Of a stretch of 64,000 nt of DNA, positions 61,228 to 64,000 are shown piece by piece. The position numbers and the translations under genes are program-made. Location of the stretch: positions 4,256-68,255 of the forward strand of contig JANSWW010000007.1 of the NCBI GenBank assembly GCA_024743275.1, in the 5' to 3' direction. Origin of the DNA: Alphaproteobacteria bacterium (GTDB lineage: Bacteria; Pseudomonadota; Alphaproteobacteria; JANSWW01). Positions within the stretch are counted from its first letter, which is position 1; every line of letters starts with the position of its first letter. Below the pieces are notes generated by a model, which worked only from the letters and a program-made list of their open reading frames with translations, did not search any database and was not told the DNA's origin.

Positions 61228-61312
61228 TGCCCGTACTCTGGTTGTCTCACATACCGGGAGCGTTAAGGCGCCCCTCTTATGCCTTTCCAGTTCGATTTAC
61301 GAGTCTTGAGTT

Positions 61313-61876
61313 TTACGACTCGTCCGGATCGATCCAGCCGATATGGCCGTCCCGGCGCCGATATACAACGTTAAGGCGCTTGTTGCCCGCGTTTTTGAAC
61401 ATCAAGACGGGAAGATCGCCAAGATCGAGGCGCATTGCCGCATCGGCGGGAGCCAGGATCGGGATCTCGGTCTGCTGGTCGGCAACGATGGTGGCCTGCG
61501 CCTCCGCCGGCGGCTGCTCTTCGGTGGCGGTCTCCTCGATCGGGAACATGTAGTAGCGGGCCGGGGACGCATCGGTGGGGCCCTTATGCTCCTTCAGCTT
61601 CCGATGATAGCGGCGCAGACGCTTCTGAACCCGGTCGAGCGCCTGGTCGAACGCGGCGTAGACGTCGTTCGCTTCGCCCGAGGCCCGCATGTCGATCCCA
61701 CGGTGCACATGAATGTTGATGTCCGCCTTGAACATCGCCCGCTCCTTGGCGAAGACGACCGAGGCGTTCAACGGATCGGAAAAGTATTTTTCGCTGGCTG
61801 CGGCGATTCCGGACTCGGCATGGCTGGTGAGGGCTTCACCCACATCCATCTGACGACCGCTGACAGAAACATTCAT
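61313..61876 (-). CDS. hpf: Ribosome hibernation promoting factor (long form)
   Basis: VSGRQMDVGEAL, KRLRRY and NVVYRRRDGHIGWIDP. Confidence 0.93.
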   Translation of the reverse strand: MNVSVSGRQMDVGEALTSHAESGIAAASEKYFSDPLNASVVFAKERAMFKADINIHVHRGIDMRASGEANDVYAAFDQALDRVQKRLRRYHRKLKEHKGPTDASPARYYMFPIEETATEEQPPAEAQATIVADQQTEIPILAPADAAMRLDLGDLPVLMFKNAGNKRLNVVYRRRDGHIGWIDPDES

Positions 61877-61957
61877 TTTTACCTCCTCCCGCGCCCTCTT
61901 GCGCGGCCCATGTGCGAAGCGGCGAATATGCCACCCCCCTTATATTGGCGCCATAGA

Positions 61958-63475
61958 TCAGCGACCGAGATTTTTGTCCCGGCGGCGTTGGACCGAGGAG
62001 GGGATCTTCATCGCCTCCCGGTATTTGGCGACCGTTCTGCGGGCGATGTCCACCCCTTCCGCCCGCAGGATGTCGACAATCTTGTCGTCGGAGAGGATCT
62101 TTTTCGGATCCTCGCCATCGATCAGGTTCTTGATCTTGTCCCGGACCGCCTCGGCGGAATGGGTGATACCGCCCTCCCCGCCCAAGGCGGCGGTGAAGAA
62201 GAACTTCAGCTCATAGGTTCCGCGGGGGCTGGCGAGATATTTGTTGGTGGTGACCCGGCTCACCGTGCTCTCGTGCATGCCGATCGCGTCGGCGACGTCG
62301 CGCAGGACCAGGGGGCGGAGATTTTGCACGCCGTAATGGAAGAAGAGATCCTGCTGACGGACGATCTCGCTTGAGACCTTCAAGATGGTCGTCGCCCGCT
62401 GATGCAGCGATTTGACCAGCCAGTTCGCCGATTGGAACTGCTCGGAGATGTACTCCTTGTCGTCCTTGGTGCGGGCCCCCTTGGTGACCGTGGCATAGTA
62501 GCGTTGGTTGACCAGGACCTTCGGCAGGTTGTCGGTATTGAGTTCGACATGCCATTGGCCGTCCTGACCCGCCCGCACGAAAACATCCGGGATCATCGTC
62601 TCGCTGGCCACGTGAAGGAATTGCAGCCCCGGCTTGGGATCGAGCGTCCGAATCTCCTGGATCATCTCCACCAGCTCGTCCTCGTCCACCTTGCAGAGCT
62701 TGCGAAGCCCGGCAAAATCCCGCTTGGCGAGCCGGTCTAGATTCTGCACCAGGGCGGCCATGCACGGATCCCAGCGGTTGCGGTCGCGCAGCTGCAGTTC
62801 CATGCACTCCGCAAGAGAGCGGGCGAAGATGCCGGGCGGATCCAGAAGTTGGAGACGACCGAGCGTGGCCTCCACCCGGTCTTCCGGACAGGAGAGCTGC
62901 TCCGCGATCGGTGCGAGATCGCCGAGGAACCAGCCTGTCTCGTCGATCATGTCGATCAGATGGCTCGCGATCAGCCGGTCCACCGGATCGGTGACGTCGA
63001 GCAGCACCTGGTCGGCGAGATGCTCCGACAGGGTCTTGTCGGTCGACAGGGTCTCTTCCAGTCCCCGTTCGTCCAGGTCGAAGGATTGCCGCCCGCCGGT
63101 CCCCTTCCAGTCGGCGAGCCCCGAGTCCACGGAATAGTCCTGGCTCTCACCGCTCGACCAGAGATTCTCCGTGTCCTGGTCCAAACCGCCGCTTGCCCCG
63201 TCGATCATCCCGTCGAACCGGGTCAGGTCGGCGGCGTCTTGCCGGTTCGGATCGATCTCGGCACCGCCCGGGTCGCCGTCGATGCCGAGGCCCTGTTCGA
63301 CGGGCCGGTCGCCGCTTTCGTCGCGTTCCAGAAGCGGGTTGCGCTCCAGCTCGGCCTCGACGAACTCGCCGAGCTCCAAATTGGACAGCTGCAGCAGCTT
63401 GATCGCCTGCTGCAGCTGCGGCGTCATCACCAGCTGTTGGGATTGGCGGAAATCGAGGCGCTGGCCAAGTGCCAT
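61958..63475 (-). CDS. rpoN: RNA polymerase sigma-54
   Basis: MTPQLQQAIKLLQ, HESTVSR and the RpoN box ARRTVAKYRE. Confidence 0.98.
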   Translation of the reverse strand: MALGQRLDFRQSQQLVMTPQLQQAIKLLQLSNLELGEFVEAELERNPLLERDESGDRPVEQGLGIDGDPGGAEIDPNRQDAADLTRFDGMIDGASGGLDQDTENLWSSGESQDYSVDSGLADWKGTGGRQSFDLDERGLEETLSTDKTLSEHLADQVLLDVTDPVDRLIASHLIDMIDETGWFLGDLAPIAEQLSCPEDRVEATLGRLQLLDPPGIFARSLAECMELQLRDRNRWDPCMAALVQNLDRLAKRDFAGLRKLCKVDEDELVEMIQEIRTLDPKPGLQFLHVASETMIPDVFVRAGQDGQWHVELNTDNLPKVLVNQRYYATVTKGARTKDDKEYISEQFQSANWLVKSLHQRATTILKVSSEIVRQQDLFFHYGVQNLRPLVLRDVADAIGMHESTVSRVTTNKYLASPRGTYELKFFFTAALGGEGGITHSAEAVRDKIKNLIDGEDPKKILSDDKIVDILRAEGVDIARRTVAKYREAMKIPSSVQRRRDKNLGR

Positions 63476-63532
63476 GCCTAGCTCCCCATCCCGGCCGAAG
63501 CGGCAAACGGGACGTTGCGGGGCGCGGCAGGC

Positions 63533-64000
63533 TTACAGGGAGAAACGCTCGCCGAGGTAAACACGGCGGACATCCTCATGGTCGACAATGGCCGACGGCG
63601 GCCCTTCCATTAGGACCTGGCCATCGTGGAGAATATAGGCACGGTCGACGATATCGAGCGTCTCGCGCACATTGTGATCGGTGATCAGCACGCCGATGCC
63701 GCGATCCTTCAGATGGGAGACCAGGTCGCGGATATCGCTCACCGCGATCGGGTCGATGCCGGCCAGCGGTTCGTCAAGCAGGATATAGGCGGGGCGGGAA
63801 GCCAGCGCCCGGGCGATCTCGACCCGGCGGCGTTCGCCACCGGACAGCGCCAGGGCCGGCGTGCGCCGCAGGTGGGTGATCGAGAACTCGGCGAGCAGCG
63901 CGTCGAGCATCTCCTCCCGCCGGTCCCGGTTGGATTCCACCAGTTCGATGACCGCCCGAAGATTCTGTTCGACGGTCAATCCCCGGAAGATCGAGGCTTC
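63533..64000 (-). CDS. lptB: LPS export ABC ATPase (3' part; runs off the window)
   Basis: LSGGERRRVEIAR, LDEPLAGIDP, ITDHNVRETL and YLGERF; upstream of rpoN. Confidence 0.95.
   Translation of the reverse strand, partial: EASIFRGLTVEQNLRAVIELVESNRDRREEMLDALLAEFSITHLRRTPALALSGGERRRVEIARALASRPAYILLDEPLAGIDPIAVSDIRDLVSHLKDRGIGVLITDHNVRETLDIVDRAYILHDGQVLMEGPPSAIVDHEDVRRVYLGERFSL

Overview
GC-rich alphaproteobacterial chromosome segment; gene content suggests a marine or halotolerant Rhodospirillales-like organism (inference). Bases 1-22119 are the right part of a genomic island. It ends at a duplicated tRNA 3' end (probably tRNA-Thr) next to a P4-type integrase, AlpA, an RHH protein and a MOBP-like relaxase, which together look like an integrative mobilizable element. 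Its cargo includes nested IS481/IS3/IS256 elements, a Vsr + C5-methylase + GHKL(MORC) ATPase + Z1 + PD-(D/E)XK + AIPR defence operon, a Macro-HEPN-like gene, an IS21, an IS21-derived MITE, and two paralogous small peptides ending in IIIPRPRP. One peptide gene has its ribosome-binding site locked in a hairpin. The rest is backbone: ectABC-ask, a signalling-rich stretch, a TAXI-TRAP transporter, a betaine/carnitine-type acyl-CoA cluster, ibpA with an RpoH promoter and ROSE thermometer, and lptB-rpoN-hpf-ptsN. The signalling stretch holds PAS-HD-GYP, Na+-type MotAB with a degenerate EAL, chemoreceptors, orphan kinases, an Amt-kinase fusion, and a degenerate REC-GGDEF coupled to an unknown protein. 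All calls come from reading motifs by eye; no database searches or folding computations were run.
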